Shown here piece after piece: positions 8,670-17,794 of a stretch of 28,649 nt of DNA. Below the pieces are notes generated by a model, which saw nothing but the letters and a program-made list of their open reading frames with translations, was not told where the DNA came from and ran no database searches. The stretch's first letter is position 1. Every line of letters starts with the position of its first letter. The DNA is from a virus (Duplodnaviria > Caudoviricetes): the IMG/VR virus record IMGVR_UViG_3300014202_000592, positions 1 to 28,649 of that record. One strand, given 5' to 3'. The position numbers were made by a program, and so were the translations under genes.

Positions 8670-9250
8670 ACACAAACGACCTATATTTAGAATACGCGCG
8701 AGTAATCAAGATGTGCGAAGGCACTCAGCTGGAGGATACACCGTGTATGTGTGTAAGATGGAAATGGAAGGGTTCTGATAAATGGTTTTATTTCGCTCCA
8801 TTTACACGGCATCCGAATTTAAATGCATTTACTGTTAATCAGGACGTGGATTTTGCTGTGGCAGTGCTGGAAGGAAAGCCGGTGTTCGTCGGCGATAGAA
8901 TTTATGCAAAGAGTCCTAATTCTGGAATGTGCGGAGGAGGAATAATTATTATTGATAACGATGGGATTAGGATTGAGTTTGGAAACAAAACATCTTTCCA
9001 TATTGAAATTTTCAGCAATGCTCCTATCGATCAATATTTCACGTGGCAACCACCCGCACCAAAACGCACATTCACGCTGAATGGGGTTGAGTTGCCTTGT
9101 CCTGTGCGTGATGAAGGTGATGGCCACGTTTATGAGGCAGGAATATCGTTGTGCGGACACGGTATTGGATTCTTTTTCGACAATCAAAAGGATGCTGAAA
9201 AAGTATTCAATTATCTGAAAAACCTACTCACAGAGGCGCGTGACAAATGA
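8666..9250 (+). CDS. Hypothetical phage protein
   Basis: 194-aa ORF in the coupled early operon; AVLEGKPVFVGD and KRTFTLNGVELPCP segments. Confidence 0.7.
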   Translation: MNTNDLYLEYARVIKMCEGTQLEDTPCMCVRWKWKGSDKWFYFAPFTRHPNLNAFTVNQDVDFAVAVLEGKPVFVGDRIYAKSPNSGMCGGGIIIIDNDGIRIEFGNKTSFHIEIFSNAPIDQYFTWQPPAPKRTFTLNGVELPCPVRDEGDGHVYEAGISLCGHGIGFFFDNQKDAEKVFNYLKNLLTEARDK

Positions 9251-9339
9251 GCAGCGAAAACCAACTAACAATTGACATAGAAAAACTCGGCGAAGCTGTT
9301 GCCAGGCACATGCCGCCGGTTGTTAGGGATTATTCATAA
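9247..9339 (+). CDS. 30-aa ORF, possibly a truncated gene remnant
   Basis: MSSENQLTIDIEKLGEAVARHMPPVVRDYS*; ATGA coupled, with a GAGG SD. Confidence 0.4.
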   Translation: MSSENQLTIDIEKLGEAVARHMPPVVRDYS

Positions 9340-9349
9340 CTGATTCAAA

Positions 9350-9634
9350 ATGAGCATCAATTACGTCACAATAAAAAAATTCTGCGAATTATCAGGTTAC
9401 TCTGAGGATGCCGTGAATTCAAAAATCAAGCGTGGTGACTGGCTGCGCGATAGAGAGTATATTAAGGCCCCTGACGGTAGGAATTTGATAAACGTGGATA
9501 GGTATCATGAATGGGTAGAAACAAGTATCCAGGCATCAGTGCGGCCAGTGCAACAACAATCGAAATCAGCTTCTACTATCAAGGCCAGAAATGCCGTGAA
9601 CGTCTCAAGTTGCAGCCCACTCCCGCTAACCTGA
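9350..9634 (+). CDS. xis: Excisionase
   Basis: YVTIKKFCELSGYSEDAVNSKIKRGDW...KAPDGRNLIN winged-helix pattern, directly upstream of and overlapping int. Confidence 0.85.
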   Translation: MSINYVTIKKFCELSGYSEDAVNSKIKRGDWLRDREYIKAPDGRNLINVDRYHEWVETSIQASVRPVQQQSKSASTIKARNAVNVSSCSPLPLT

Positions 9635-10665
9635 AACGGGCGGCCAATCATCGAGCCGCTATTTTGTTGGCAATTGAAAACGGTACTTTCGATTACTCTG
9701 TTACATTTCCGAATTCTAAGAACGCACACAAATTCACCCCATCACAGCACACAGTAAAAACTTACCTTGTTGAGTGGCTTGCAAACAAAGAACCGACAAT
9801 CAAAGCCAGCACGATCAACGATTACCGCAAGACAATAAACAATATCATCATCCCGGCGTTTGGGGCCATGCCGCTAACCGCTTTGTCACGCGCTGACGTG
9901 CGCACTCTGGCGGCTGGGATGGATTGCTCAAACAAACGATTAGCAAACATACTAAGCCCGCTCAGGGCTGCATTGCAGGACGCATACCTTGATGATCTGA
10001 TACCATCAAACCCGCTTTATGGGTGGACATATAAACGCAACGAGCCGCCGAAGCAGACAGCCCATGTTGACCCGTTTAACGCAGAAGAACAGGCGGCAAT
10101 AATCGGAGCGGCAACAGGACAAATCAGGAATCAGTGCATTGTATTTTTCTGGACCGGAATGCGCACGTCAGAATTGATTGCGCTGGAATGGTCAGATATT
10201 GACTGGGAACGCAAGAAAATCAGGATAAATAAAGCTATCACCCAAGCATCACGAACTGAAGAAACAACCAAGACGGCCACTGGCAGGCGCGAAATTGACA
10301 TGCTTCAGAATGTCGAAAAGGTATTGATCGATCAGAAGCAATATACCCTACTCCACAGCAAGAAAGTATTTCTCAATCCGTTCACGAATGAGACGTGGAC
10401 TGGCGATCAGCAGATAAGGAAAGGGTTCTGGATACCGTTGCTAAAAAAAGCGGGCGTGAGGTACAGAAACCCGTATCAGACAAGGCACACATTCGCTTCA
10501 ATGATGTTGTCAGCCGGTGAGAATATTGCGTGGGTATCGTCTCAAATGGGGCACTCGAATATAATGATCACTACACGAACTTATGCGCGATGGATCAATA
10601 CAAAAGAGGATCATGGCAGTAAGGCGATAGAGAAGTTTAACTCTGATCTAAAGGATGCGAATTGA
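9511..10665 (+). CDS. int: Tyrosine integrase with N-terminal arm-binding domain
   Basis: TGMRTSEL (R), TKT (K), YQTRHT, QMGH and RTYARW (Y); IEISFYYQGQKCRERL arm domain. Confidence 0.95.
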   Translation: MGRNKYPGISAASATTIEISFYYQGQKCRERLKLQPTPANLKRAANHRAAILLAIENGTFDYSVTFPNSKNAHKFTPSQHTVKTYLVEWLANKEPTIKASTINDYRKTINNIIIPAFGAMPLTALSRADVRTLAAGMDCSNKRLANILSPLRAALQDAYLDDLIPSNPLYGWTYKRNEPPKQTAHVDPFNAEEQAAIIGAATGQIRNQCIVFFWTGMRTSELIALEWSDIDWERKKIRINKAITQASRTEETTKTATGRREIDMLQNVEKVLIDQKQYTLLHSKKVFLNPFTNETWTGDQQIRKGFWIPLLKKAGVRYRNPYQTRHTFASMMLSAGENIAWVSSQMGHSNIMITTRTYARWINTKEDHGSKAIEKFNSDLKDAN

Positions 10666-10758
10666 ATAAAATGTCCAGCATTACAGTCGACATTATGATT
10701 CAACTATAAATTTTATTCAAATTAATCAGTATGTTATGATTTTTGGTAAGAAAAAGAC

Positions 10759-10786
10759 GCGGGTTCGAATCCCGCCTTCTCCGCCA
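10759..10786 (+). other. att core: 3' end of a tRNA (T-arm, acceptor strand, CCA); tRNA-Ser-like by G discriminator, tmRNA an alternative
   Basis: GCGGG-TTCGAAT-CCCGC-CTTCTCC-G-CCA; no 5' tRNA half upstream. Confidence 0.8.
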
Positions 10787-10799
10787 GCGAATCTATATA

Positions 10800-10812
10800 A
10801 ATCAATAACTTA
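10800..10812 (+). promoter_or_regulatory. IHF binding site (a second, 1-mismatch site at 10724-10736)
   Basis: AATCAATAACTTA matches WATCAANNNNTTR; AATCAGTATGTTA lies on the other side of the core. Confidence 0.7.
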
Positions 10813-10901
10813 CAGTATCAATATGGCCTAAAGATGGGCATAAATAGGCATGTTTTGGCATAGAATGGTCAACATTTTGGGCAACATTTTCAGACCACAA
10901 T

Positions 10902-11378
10902 CTATTTCCAATATTGCCACCCAAACAACCTAACCCCGGCATACAAGACATACGCCATCCATTTTTTGGTTAATCGCCTTTCCTTCCATTCCTGATCTAT
11001 GACGTCGCTTTCGCGCATGTAGCTTTGCGCAACATTAGGTAGAGCCTTGATGTAATACTGACGCTCAGCAAGCATTGCCTCAAGGTAAAGCTCGTCGCAT
11101 TCCTTGCGCGTGAACGTGCGCCCATCTGTTATGCCGCGCAAACTATACAATTCATCATGCAATGCTGCGGCAGGTCGATGCGGTCCGTTAGGATTGATCA
11201 GGCCGCGCATGCACCAAGGGATTGACGATAAATTGTTCACAGATCCTGGATGAACGCTTATTACGCAATCAAGCTTTGCTGACTTGAAATCGAGATAGCT
11301 GTCACTGATCCAGTGTCCGCCACGGTCAGGGATCATCCAGTATGCCGGTAGATGCATGAATTCAGCTTTTTCCGTCAT
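10902..11378 (-). CDS. DUF1353-like phage protein
   Basis: SIPW...GPHRPAAALHDELY...RKECDELYLEAM...LYAGVRLFG pattern; ATG 11378 preferred over TTG 11387. Confidence 0.75.
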   Translation of the reverse strand: MTEKAEFMHLPAYWMIPDRGGHWISDSYLDFKSAKLDCVISVHPGSVNNLSSIPWCMRGLINPNGPHRPAAALHDELYSLRGITDGRTFTRKECDELYLEAMLAERQYYIKALPNVAQSYMRESDVIDQEWKERRLTKKWMAYVLYAGVRLFGWQYWK

Positions 11379-11380
11379 AA

Positions 11381-11491
11381 TCAGCAACCGAACGCCTTTG
11401 TTATGAGGTAAGTAAGGCCGATAACAACACTGTATTTAAGCCAATCAGACCATAGTATCCGCGGAAGTCCATTCAGCACTTTCTTGATCAT
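11381..11491 (-). CDS. Small membrane peptide (36 aa)
   Basis: Hand-translated MIKKVLNGLPRILWSDWLKYSVVIGLTYLITKAFGC*; SD AGGCGG; fills the gap between neighbours. Confidence 0.5.
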   Translation of the reverse strand: MIKKVLNGLPRILWSDWLKYSVVIGLTYLITKAFGC

Positions 11492-11510
11492 ATCGCCGCC
11501 TAATATTTTA

Positions 11511-11927
11511 TTAAAAGCCATTATTAGCCGCCAAATCTAATAAGTGATCTACAGTGCCGATCAAAGTTATTTCCTGCGTGCCGCCTTCCCCGCCATCATA
11601 ATGATAGATATTGCCATCACGCTCACCGATGGCATCGCCGTTAGAATACATGCGCGCGTAATAATCAAAAATCATCAGGGATTCTTGAGATTCTGGTAGC
11701 TTGTCACTATATGCGTCCTCGCCCCAGTCAAAAATCCTGTCGATATCTTCTTTGCTGTGCGCAGGCTCATCGACTGATTCGTCAACTGACGGTTGATCGA
11801 TAACCGGCGAAATGTTCTCGTTTGTAATGTTGATCACATTGTTGACGGTCACCGGCGCAAATACGAAATCACGCGTTACTGTCCCGATCAGGTCTGCTAA
11901 ATTCATGTTTCCGAAAGACATTTTCAT
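11511..11927 (-). CDS. Acidic hypothetical protein
   Basis: 138-aa ORF with SD AGGA; C-terminal DRIFDWGE...YYARMY...GNIYHY domain. Confidence 0.65.
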   Translation of the reverse strand: MKMSFGNMNLADLIGTVTRDFVFAPVTVNNVINITNENISPVIDQPSVDESVDEPAHSKEDIDRIFDWGEDAYSDKLPESQESLMIFDYYARMYSNGDAIGERDGNIYHYDGGEGGTQEITLIGTVDHLLDLAANNGF

Positions 11928-11959
11928 CTTACGATCCTGTTAATTAAAATTAATAATGA

Positions 11960-12409
11960 CTACTGAATTTCACAATTCAAAATTTGTGATTTGCGCAACT
12001 GAACGTCAATAGTTACACCATTCGCGTTAATCTGCGTAAGTGTGTGTTCTATTGCGCCCTGGATGGATGCCAGTGACAGGTTCACATTTAATGTTCTAGG
12101 ATCATCAAGTATCAACCAAAAATCATTGATAATTTCATCGGTTGCGCGCAATTCACGCGCCTTAATTCTTTCTTGATGAGTAAACAGCAGAAGGAATCCA
12201 GGGATGTCGATTGATTTTATTGTCGGCGTCGTCGGTGGTGGCGAAGCAACCTCTGGAGCATTCCAGTCTACTCCATCGAACTCCCATCCATTTTCAACTT
12301 CATCAGGAACGTCAACAAACTGCGAAGCAACATTAGGATGAAACAATTCATCAACATCTCCGCCAGTGACATCTTGTGCAATATTGTTTACAACACGTGC
12401 TTTTTTCAT
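11960..12409 (-). CDS. Putative tail fibre assembly/chaperone-like protein
   Basis: FVDVPDEVENGWEFDGVDWNAP and FLLLFTHQER motifs; downstream of fibre genes. Confidence 0.6.
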   Translation of the reverse strand: MKKARVVNNIAQDVTGGDVDELFHPNVASQFVDVPDEVENGWEFDGVDWNAPEVASPPPTTPTIKSIDIPGFLLLFTHQERIKARELRATDEIINDFWLILDDPRTLNVNLSLASIQGAIEHTLTQINANGVTIDVQLRKSQILNCEIQ

Positions 12410-12412
12410 TGT

Positions 12413-13207
12413 TTACCACTCCACGATCACGAGTCCGACCCCGCCGACGCTTCCGGTTCCGCCAGCATTAACTCTGGCTCCGCCGCCGCCGCCAAATCCG
12501 CCATTACCGCCGCCATATCCAGATCCACCACCGCCACCGACCCCACCTTTACCTCCGTGACCGCCAGAAGTTCCTTGGCCATTCCCGCCGCCACCTCCTG
12601 AACCTCCATTGTGTCCGATTGGGGTTGCATTCGCCCCGCCACCGCCGGTGAATCCGTCGAAAGGAAACCGTATAATTGCATTTATTCTGTTAAGATCCCC
12701 GGAACCAGTGGTTATTACGCCGGTAATATCTGGCGCTCCACCAACCCCATCAAGTGGCAATCCGAACGGACTCCCACCCCCGCCAGCAACCGACGTATGC
12801 CCCAGCCCAACGCCGCCACCAGCATTAGTACCATTTCCTCCAGCACCAAGTTGAGACCCAGCGCCACCACCTGAATTCCCATTCAGTCCACCAGTAGCTG
12901 ATATCAAGGCACCAAAACTTGACGTTGCTCCATCTCCTCCGGCAGAAACAGCGTAATTTGTTCCCGGAACAACCTGGAAAACACCATGCGCGTATCCGCC
13001 GCCTCCAGAACCGGTATTCGTGCTACCATTTTTTCCGGCACCGACGCACCTAACTCTTATGGATGTAGTTTCCGGCGGTATGGTGAATGTGCCACCAGCA
13101 CCGTAAAAAACTCTGAACAGACCTTTTCCAAATATCCCCAAGAACCCTAGCGGATTTACTCTGGTTTCAATGGCTGACCTTACATTCCTTGTTATGATCT
13201 GGCTCAT
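12413..13207 (-). CDS. Glycine-rich tail-fibre-associated protein/adhesin
   Basis: GTFTIP..IRVRCVGAG...GGGGG, poly-Gly tracts, terminal GLVIVEW; ATG 13207 just after the upstream stop. Confidence 0.75.
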   Translation of the reverse strand: MSQIITRNVRSAIETRVNPLGFLGIFGKGLFRVFYGAGGTFTIPPETTSIRVRCVGAGKNGSTNTGSGGGGYAHGVFQVVPGTNYAVSAGGDGATSSFGALISATGGLNGNSGGGAGSQLGAGGNGTNAGGGVGLGHTSVAGGGGSPFGLPLDGVGGAPDITGVITTGSGDLNRINAIIRFPFDGFTGGGGANATPIGHNGGSGGGGGNGQGTSGGHGGKGGVGGGGGSGYGGGNGGFGGGGGARVNAGGTGSVGGVGLVIVEW

Positions 13208-13208
13208 T

Positions 13209-13520
13209 TTATGACTCCACCCCATGAACGCGGACAGACACAGAGCTGAGATTGCTTCGCACCCAAACTTTTTCGTTCGGAGACATCATTACCGCGATTT
13301 CTTCAAGTATTGAATATGACTCAACGGGAGTGTTGAATGTGATGTAATCATCATCTGCCGGAGATGCTCCAGACCCAATGGAGACACTCACATTTGTCGT
13401 TTCGGGATTACGATTTGCAACACGAATATTTGCTGTCGCCACCTTTCCTGATGGTACCGTGTACAGCAAGGTATCTACACCAGCGGAAAGATTGGCTGAA
13501 CCAAGTTTGCCTGATGCCAT
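13209..13520 (-). CDS. Small beta-rich virion-associated protein
   Basis: TLLYTVPSGK..IRVANR..VSVRVHGVE; SD GAGGA. Confidence 0.65.
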   Translation of the reverse strand: MASGKLGSANLSAGVDTLLYTVPSGKVATANIRVANRNPETTNVSVSIGSGASPADDDYITFNTPVESYSILEEIAVMMSPNEKVWVRSNLSSVSVRVHGVES

Positions 13521-13537
13521 ATTAATAATTCCTCATA

Positions 13538-14662
13538 TCAGAACTGTGAAAAGAAATAGCTTTCTGCGCTAATTGGCCTGCTCGGCTCGTACACATTGAC
13601 GCCATCGGTAAACACGTGGGTATTTCTCTCCTGAGAGCAATCAACACCGCCTCCAGCACTTGTTTTCAACAATATTGAATGAGGACCAGTCGTGTTGTTC
13701 TGCACAATCCATGACCGGATATGCAAGCTCGGAACAATTACATTTATGTTTGCCGTTAAAGCGCCAGTGAACTTAAGCACTTCGTTTGCGGATTCGATAG
13801 GCGTTAGGGTTACATCAACACCGCCCGCCACATTTTTTGAAAGAATTCCCCTCGAAGATGAACTTGGATTCAGAAGAACAAAGTCAACTCCATCGTACTC
13901 AATGTCGACCGACTGCCCGGCGGCAATTACTGCGTCTACCTTCGATCCGTCTGCGTCATATTGTTTTAATGATCTTGCACCACGGCTATTAATATTGATC
14001 GTGGATGCGACATTTACATTCTCGTTAAATTTCGCCCTGAACCGATGGCCATTAACGTATGCAGTAAGATTCGGAGTAACGGAACCAATGAATGCTGGCG
14101 AGGCTCCGGTTGTTGTAAAAGATGAATACTGCTGCGCCTGAACGCCGGTTTTTAATGCGTATTGTGGGTGTGGGTCAACCTTTGCCTCGTGATTGGCAAT
14201 CTCATTCAGAACGTACTGATGAGTGGCCATCACGATATTCGGGTCGACAATCAGGTTTATTGTTGCCGTGTTGCTGGTCTCGACAATAATCCTGTATATC
14301 GTATCTCTAGTAGAGCCTTCAGCAAGAACAGGTTTGTATTCTGGCGGGTGATTGCCGATAAAGATTGTTGTTCCTCCGGCGTCTTTTACTGCTATTTCAC
14401 GCACATAAAAACCACCGATGTTGGGCGGAAGAACGAGTTCAATTATGTACCAAGCCGGATTTACTGGATCTTGCGTAATTGAGTTTATCCCTGCTCTATA
14501 CACCTCATTGACCACCTCGTGAGTCGTTGGGGTGGGCAGTGGGACGGCCCCGTTTCCATCACCAAGAACCACTTCAGAAAGATTCAAAGGCGTGTTATTG
14601 GCAGCAGCAACGGCCATGGCCGAAGCGCCAATATCTGTCAGCAGGGTATAAAAATTGCTCAT
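13538..14662 (-). CDS. Tail fibre protein with P2 gpH-like (DUF3751) N-terminus
   Basis: LLTDIG...GDGNG...GGFYVREIA...PPEYKP...DPNIVMAT; HEAKVDPHPQY motif. Confidence 0.9.
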   Translation of the reverse strand: MSNFYTLLTDIGASAMAVAAANNTPLNLSEVVLGDGNGAVPLPTPTTHEVVNEVYRAGINSITQDPVNPAWYIIELVLPPNIGGFYVREIAVKDAGGTTIFIGNHPPEYKPVLAEGSTRDTIYRIIVETSNTATINLIVDPNIVMATHQYVLNEIANHEAKVDPHPQYALKTGVQAQQYSSFTTTGASPAFIGSVTPNLTAYVNGHRFRAKFNENVNVASTININSRGARSLKQYDADGSKVDAVIAAGQSVDIEYDGVDFVLLNPSSSSRGILSKNVAGGVDVTLTPIESANEVLKFTGALTANINVIVPSLHIRSWIVQNNTTGPHSILLKTSAGGGVDCSQERNTHVFTDGVNVYEPSRPISAESYFFSQF

Positions 14663-14749
14663 CTAAGATTGGACTTAATCAGTAGTAACATAAGATCAAT
14701 ACTAATTCGCCGCGATTTCTACAGCCTTGAGTTTTTCCGCAAATGACAT

Positions 14750-16282
14750 CTATCCAGAAATAATTCTTAATGGAGGCGGTAGATTTTCTTCAAATGTTGA
14801 TCGCGGTATCGCCCTTGCCCCAGATGGAAAGCCAAGCCCGTCCGCTGGCGGGTTAACTGTTGCGTATTGCACGTACTTGGTTCTGTTGCCAATCAATTCC
14901 CATCTTGAGCTTCCAGCGCCAGGGTTATACGCTTCCGGCGCGAACTCGCCTGTAAGCGTGCTCATTGTTGGCCAGTAATCAAGTCCGATGTCGGCGTAAA
15001 TTCTCGCGCCAGCCCTGTCGTCTGGGCCGACCGTGTTTTGCAGCACCAACTTTGCCTTGTATCTAATAAAAAAGCATCTTATGTCATTACCATTTGCTAT
15101 AGGGAATCTTGCCGATGATCCATGCACAGCATAATTTGTGCCAGATACGGTTCCACTGTTTTTGGCTCCAGACAAGAAAAATGATTTACTCCCATTTGCC
15201 TCAAGTCTCTGAGCAACCGAACTTTCCGGAGGAGGCCAAGATACCTGCTGTGACATATTTGCAAGCTCCCATTCTCCCGTGCTGTCTCGACAAATCCACA
15301 CCTCCAAGTCACGTATGTTGACACCGGTGTTTATCGCTGAATGTGACGTTGCTGGCCACATAACAAACCAGCAAGTAGCCGCCTGCCATGGCACCAAAGC
15401 TTTAAAAGATGGATTGCTTGGATTCCACCAATTCGGCGCATAATCACCTCGACACCGGTTTCCCATGCCAATAACAGCTCTCTGCGTCCAGTCCGCGGAT
15501 GGATTCCCTTGCAAAACAACACCGGCCTGATTGCTCCCCATCCCCGCATACAGATCTGACAGTAAGTTGTTATCAACTTTTGGATATATCGTTGCAAAGG
15601 TTACTGATGCCAGCGCAATACCAATGTAATTATTCCGCCCCCATTCAACAGGTTGAGATGCCGCCGGATAAACCATGCTGTATGATCCGGACTGCATTGT
15701 TGCGCCAATATAGTTTTTTCTGACCGACCTGCTCAGCTTCGCAAAGTACAAAACGAGCCTTGCCGGTATGATGGATCGCAGAATGGGTTCCATCTTGTCG
15801 ATCTCATCCCAGGTTATGTCCGGAGATTGAATTGAAACCCTTATCCGGCTGGTTGAATATTTGGAACTATCGGCATACTGCAACGCAGAAAGCTTTGTCG
15901 GGTACGCGTGCGCTTTTGATTGCGCCATTTGTTCAACGTAATGGACATTCGGGAACAGCATCTGAAGGTACGTGCGCAAAAAGTGGAATCCTCGCCCATT
16001 TCTTCTGCGTGATTTCCATGCCTTGTACAGATAGCGGGTTGTCGTTTCCTCGCGCTCAACATCAAGCAGTGAAAGGCCATCCGCGTTAATCATTTTTCGC
16101 ACCAGATCCAGCGAACCAAGATGCGCCATGCCAAGCACGTTTGCATCGAAGGACTGTTCCGCCAGCATCAACTCAAACAAATCAATGAACAGGTTTCTCA
16201 GATCGTTTTCTACGTCATCAACAACAAAACTGTTCTTAAGTGGCGTTAACCCTGGCAGTTGCGCGTTAGGAAAATCCATCAT
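14750..16282 (-). CDS. Putative baseplate wedge protein with C-terminal accessory domain
   Basis: YKAW...GRGFHFLRTYLQMLF and ILRSIIPARL; lies between a baseplate-like gene and the fibre. Confidence 0.6.
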   Translation of the reverse strand: MMDFPNAQLPGLTPLKNSFVVDDVENDLRNLFIDLFELMLAEQSFDANVLGMAHLGSLDLVRKMINADGLSLLDVEREETTTRYLYKAWKSRRRNGRGFHFLRTYLQMLFPNVHYVEQMAQSKAHAYPTKLSALQYADSSKYSTSRIRVSIQSPDITWDEIDKMEPILRSIIPARLVLYFAKLSRSVRKNYIGATMQSGSYSMVYPAASQPVEWGRNNYIGIALASVTFATIYPKVDNNLLSDLYAGMGSNQAGVVLQGNPSADWTQRAVIGMGNRCRGDYAPNWWNPSNPSFKALVPWQAATCWFVMWPATSHSAINTGVNIRDLEVWICRDSTGEWELANMSQQVSWPPPESSVAQRLEANGSKSFFLSGAKNSGTVSGTNYAVHGSSARFPIANGNDIRCFFIRYKAKLVLQNTVGPDDRAGARIYADIGLDYWPTMSTLTGEFAPEAYNPGAGSSRWELIGNRTKYVQYATVNPPADGLGFPSGARAIPRSTFEENLPPPLRIISG

Positions 16283-16291
16283 GGTGTCAAT

Positions 16292-17788
16292 TTAACTCCA
16301 TGCCGGAGGCAATACATTCCCGGTGACTACGGTAACTGTCAGACTGCTTGACGAAACATACCGCCACAGCTCCGGCCTGTGGTTTCCGACCGGATCGGCA
16401 ATAGTCACTTTGATGTCCGCATTTGCGTCAGACAATGCCGCTATTCTTTGTCTCAGTAGCGCGTAAACCTGCTTGTATAGTGGCTTGTTGCCGCCGCGCT
16501 TCGCGCCTCCGCCTGAATTTGATTCGCCGTACTCAGACAAAATGGCTTCGATTATTCTTGATTGAACGTCACCGGCAACATAAGCCGCCGATATCGTTGC
16601 ATTGATAGTCATGGCTATTTCAGAGCGTACCGGCGTCACAAACTTGACACGGTAGCTGTCATCCGCCGAAAGAATGACGCTTCTTATTCCCTTCTGTGTG
16701 GCAGTAAGATTGCCTTCCGCGATAAATGCCGGTGGCACCGGGGTTCCCGGATCAGGCTCAGTCAATACGGTTTCATTTCCGTTTTGCGAAAGAACCGCAA
16801 CAAATAGCGTATTGATATTGTCGACACTCGCCCCCCTGGCAACCTCTTCAATAGCCTCATTCCATACCGACAAAAAGCGCATGTTGCTGTATGCACGGCG
16901 AACAACAAAGTCGAATTCACCGAGAAATACAGCATTATGGTTATACACTGAAGGGTATTTAACTAAGTCCCGAAGCGTTGTTATGCTTGGCGGGTTCTGG
17001 CCTTTATCAATAACCTGATTAAGCTTTAGGTCGATATTTGAGTCAAAGGGTGATAGCGCATATTCGAAGGCAAAAGGCGCGTCAGCGTTAAGCGACAGTT
17101 CGCCGAAGGTTCTGGATACGGTCAGTGTTATGACGCTACCATTGACCGGCTGAACGCCAACAATACCCTCTTGCCCGAACCGAACATAAACACGCTGGCG
17201 GTCATCCGCTTCAACGTGGAATATTTTTTCTCCGGGCCATGTATTCACGTACCGTTCTCGGTATGTGAAATCACCATCTGCATCACTTGCAGATATCCCG
17301 CTCAAATAGGTTTCATCTTCTGAATCAGGTATCTCGATAGCATAAAAGGGTGTGCTGCCAGTCACAGTGTGAGCAATGACATCTTTTTTAACCTGCGTAG
17401 CCTCAAATGTTCCTGCGCTGTTGGCCGGTATTACCGCCTGAGTTTCAATGATGTACGGATACCCGTTTGAATCCGTGATAGTTCTGCCTGAATCCACAGT
17501 AAACGGCACATTGTTGCTGTTAACAACGGACACACTGACCCGTCCAGAACGCGCTTTACGCACGATCCCGCGCATGGCCGCGTCAGCCATAACGGTTGCA
17601 TCACGCGATTTCTCGAACGGCTCCGCCATGGCTGTTTCGATCTGGGACGAAAACATCGCCAGCATGGTAGCCATGGCATCAAGATTTTGAATTACTCTTG
17701 GATCGCCAGACCTGAAAAGCGGCTCAACGGCTGGGTAATTGCCGATAGAATCTACGATTGCCTGCTGAAAATCTGCTTTAGTCAACAT
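16292..17788 (-). CDS. Putative baseplate wedge (J-like) protein
   Basis: 498 aa; ATVMADAAMRG and VRFG.EG..G.QP..G..I wedge-like motifs; position in the operon. Confidence 0.65.
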   Translation of the reverse strand: MLTKADFQQAIVDSIGNYPAVEPLFRSGDPRVIQNLDAMATMLAMFSSQIETAMAEPFEKSRDATVMADAAMRGIVRKARSGRVSVSVVNSNNVPFTVDSGRTITDSNGYPYIIETQAVIPANSAGTFEATQVKKDVIAHTVTGSTPFYAIEIPDSEDETYLSGISASDADGDFTYRERYVNTWPGEKIFHVEADDRQRVYVRFGQEGIVGVQPVNGSVITLTVSRTFGELSLNADAPFAFEYALSPFDSNIDLKLNQVIDKGQNPPSITTLRDLVKYPSVYNHNAVFLGEFDFVVRRAYSNMRFLSVWNEAIEEVARGASVDNINTLFVAVLSQNGNETVLTEPDPGTPVPPAFIAEGNLTATQKGIRSVILSADDSYRVKFVTPVRSEIAMTINATISAAYVAGDVQSRIIEAILSEYGESNSGGGAKRGGNKPLYKQVYALLRQRIAALSDANADIKVTIADPVGNHRPELWRYVSSSSLTVTVVTGNVLPPAWS

Positions 17789-17794
17789 GATTGA

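Larger units (their letters stand above)
10676..10890. other. attP region
   Basis: tRNA-derived core flanked by IHF sites and paired arm-type repeats, between int and convergent late genes. Confidence 0.8.

Noticed and set aside
1006-9729. Minus-strand ORFs under the early operon (e.g. 1209..1754, 2611..3051, 4280..4732)
   Set aside because: Antisense to well-supported coupled genes and lack recognisable motifs
10759-10786. Complete tRNA or tmRNA gene
   Set aside because: Only the T-arm and 3' acceptor strand are present; upstream is AT-rich with no 5' half
12338-12874. Pro-rich and other alternative ORFs over the Gly-rich gene
   Set aside because: Shadows of GGN codon runs
14702-14749. 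15-codon in-frame ORF after the TAG of the 510-aa gene (read-through or recoding)
   Set aside because: Short and without an SD; other TAG stops fall at sensible gene ends, so there is no sign of stop reassignment
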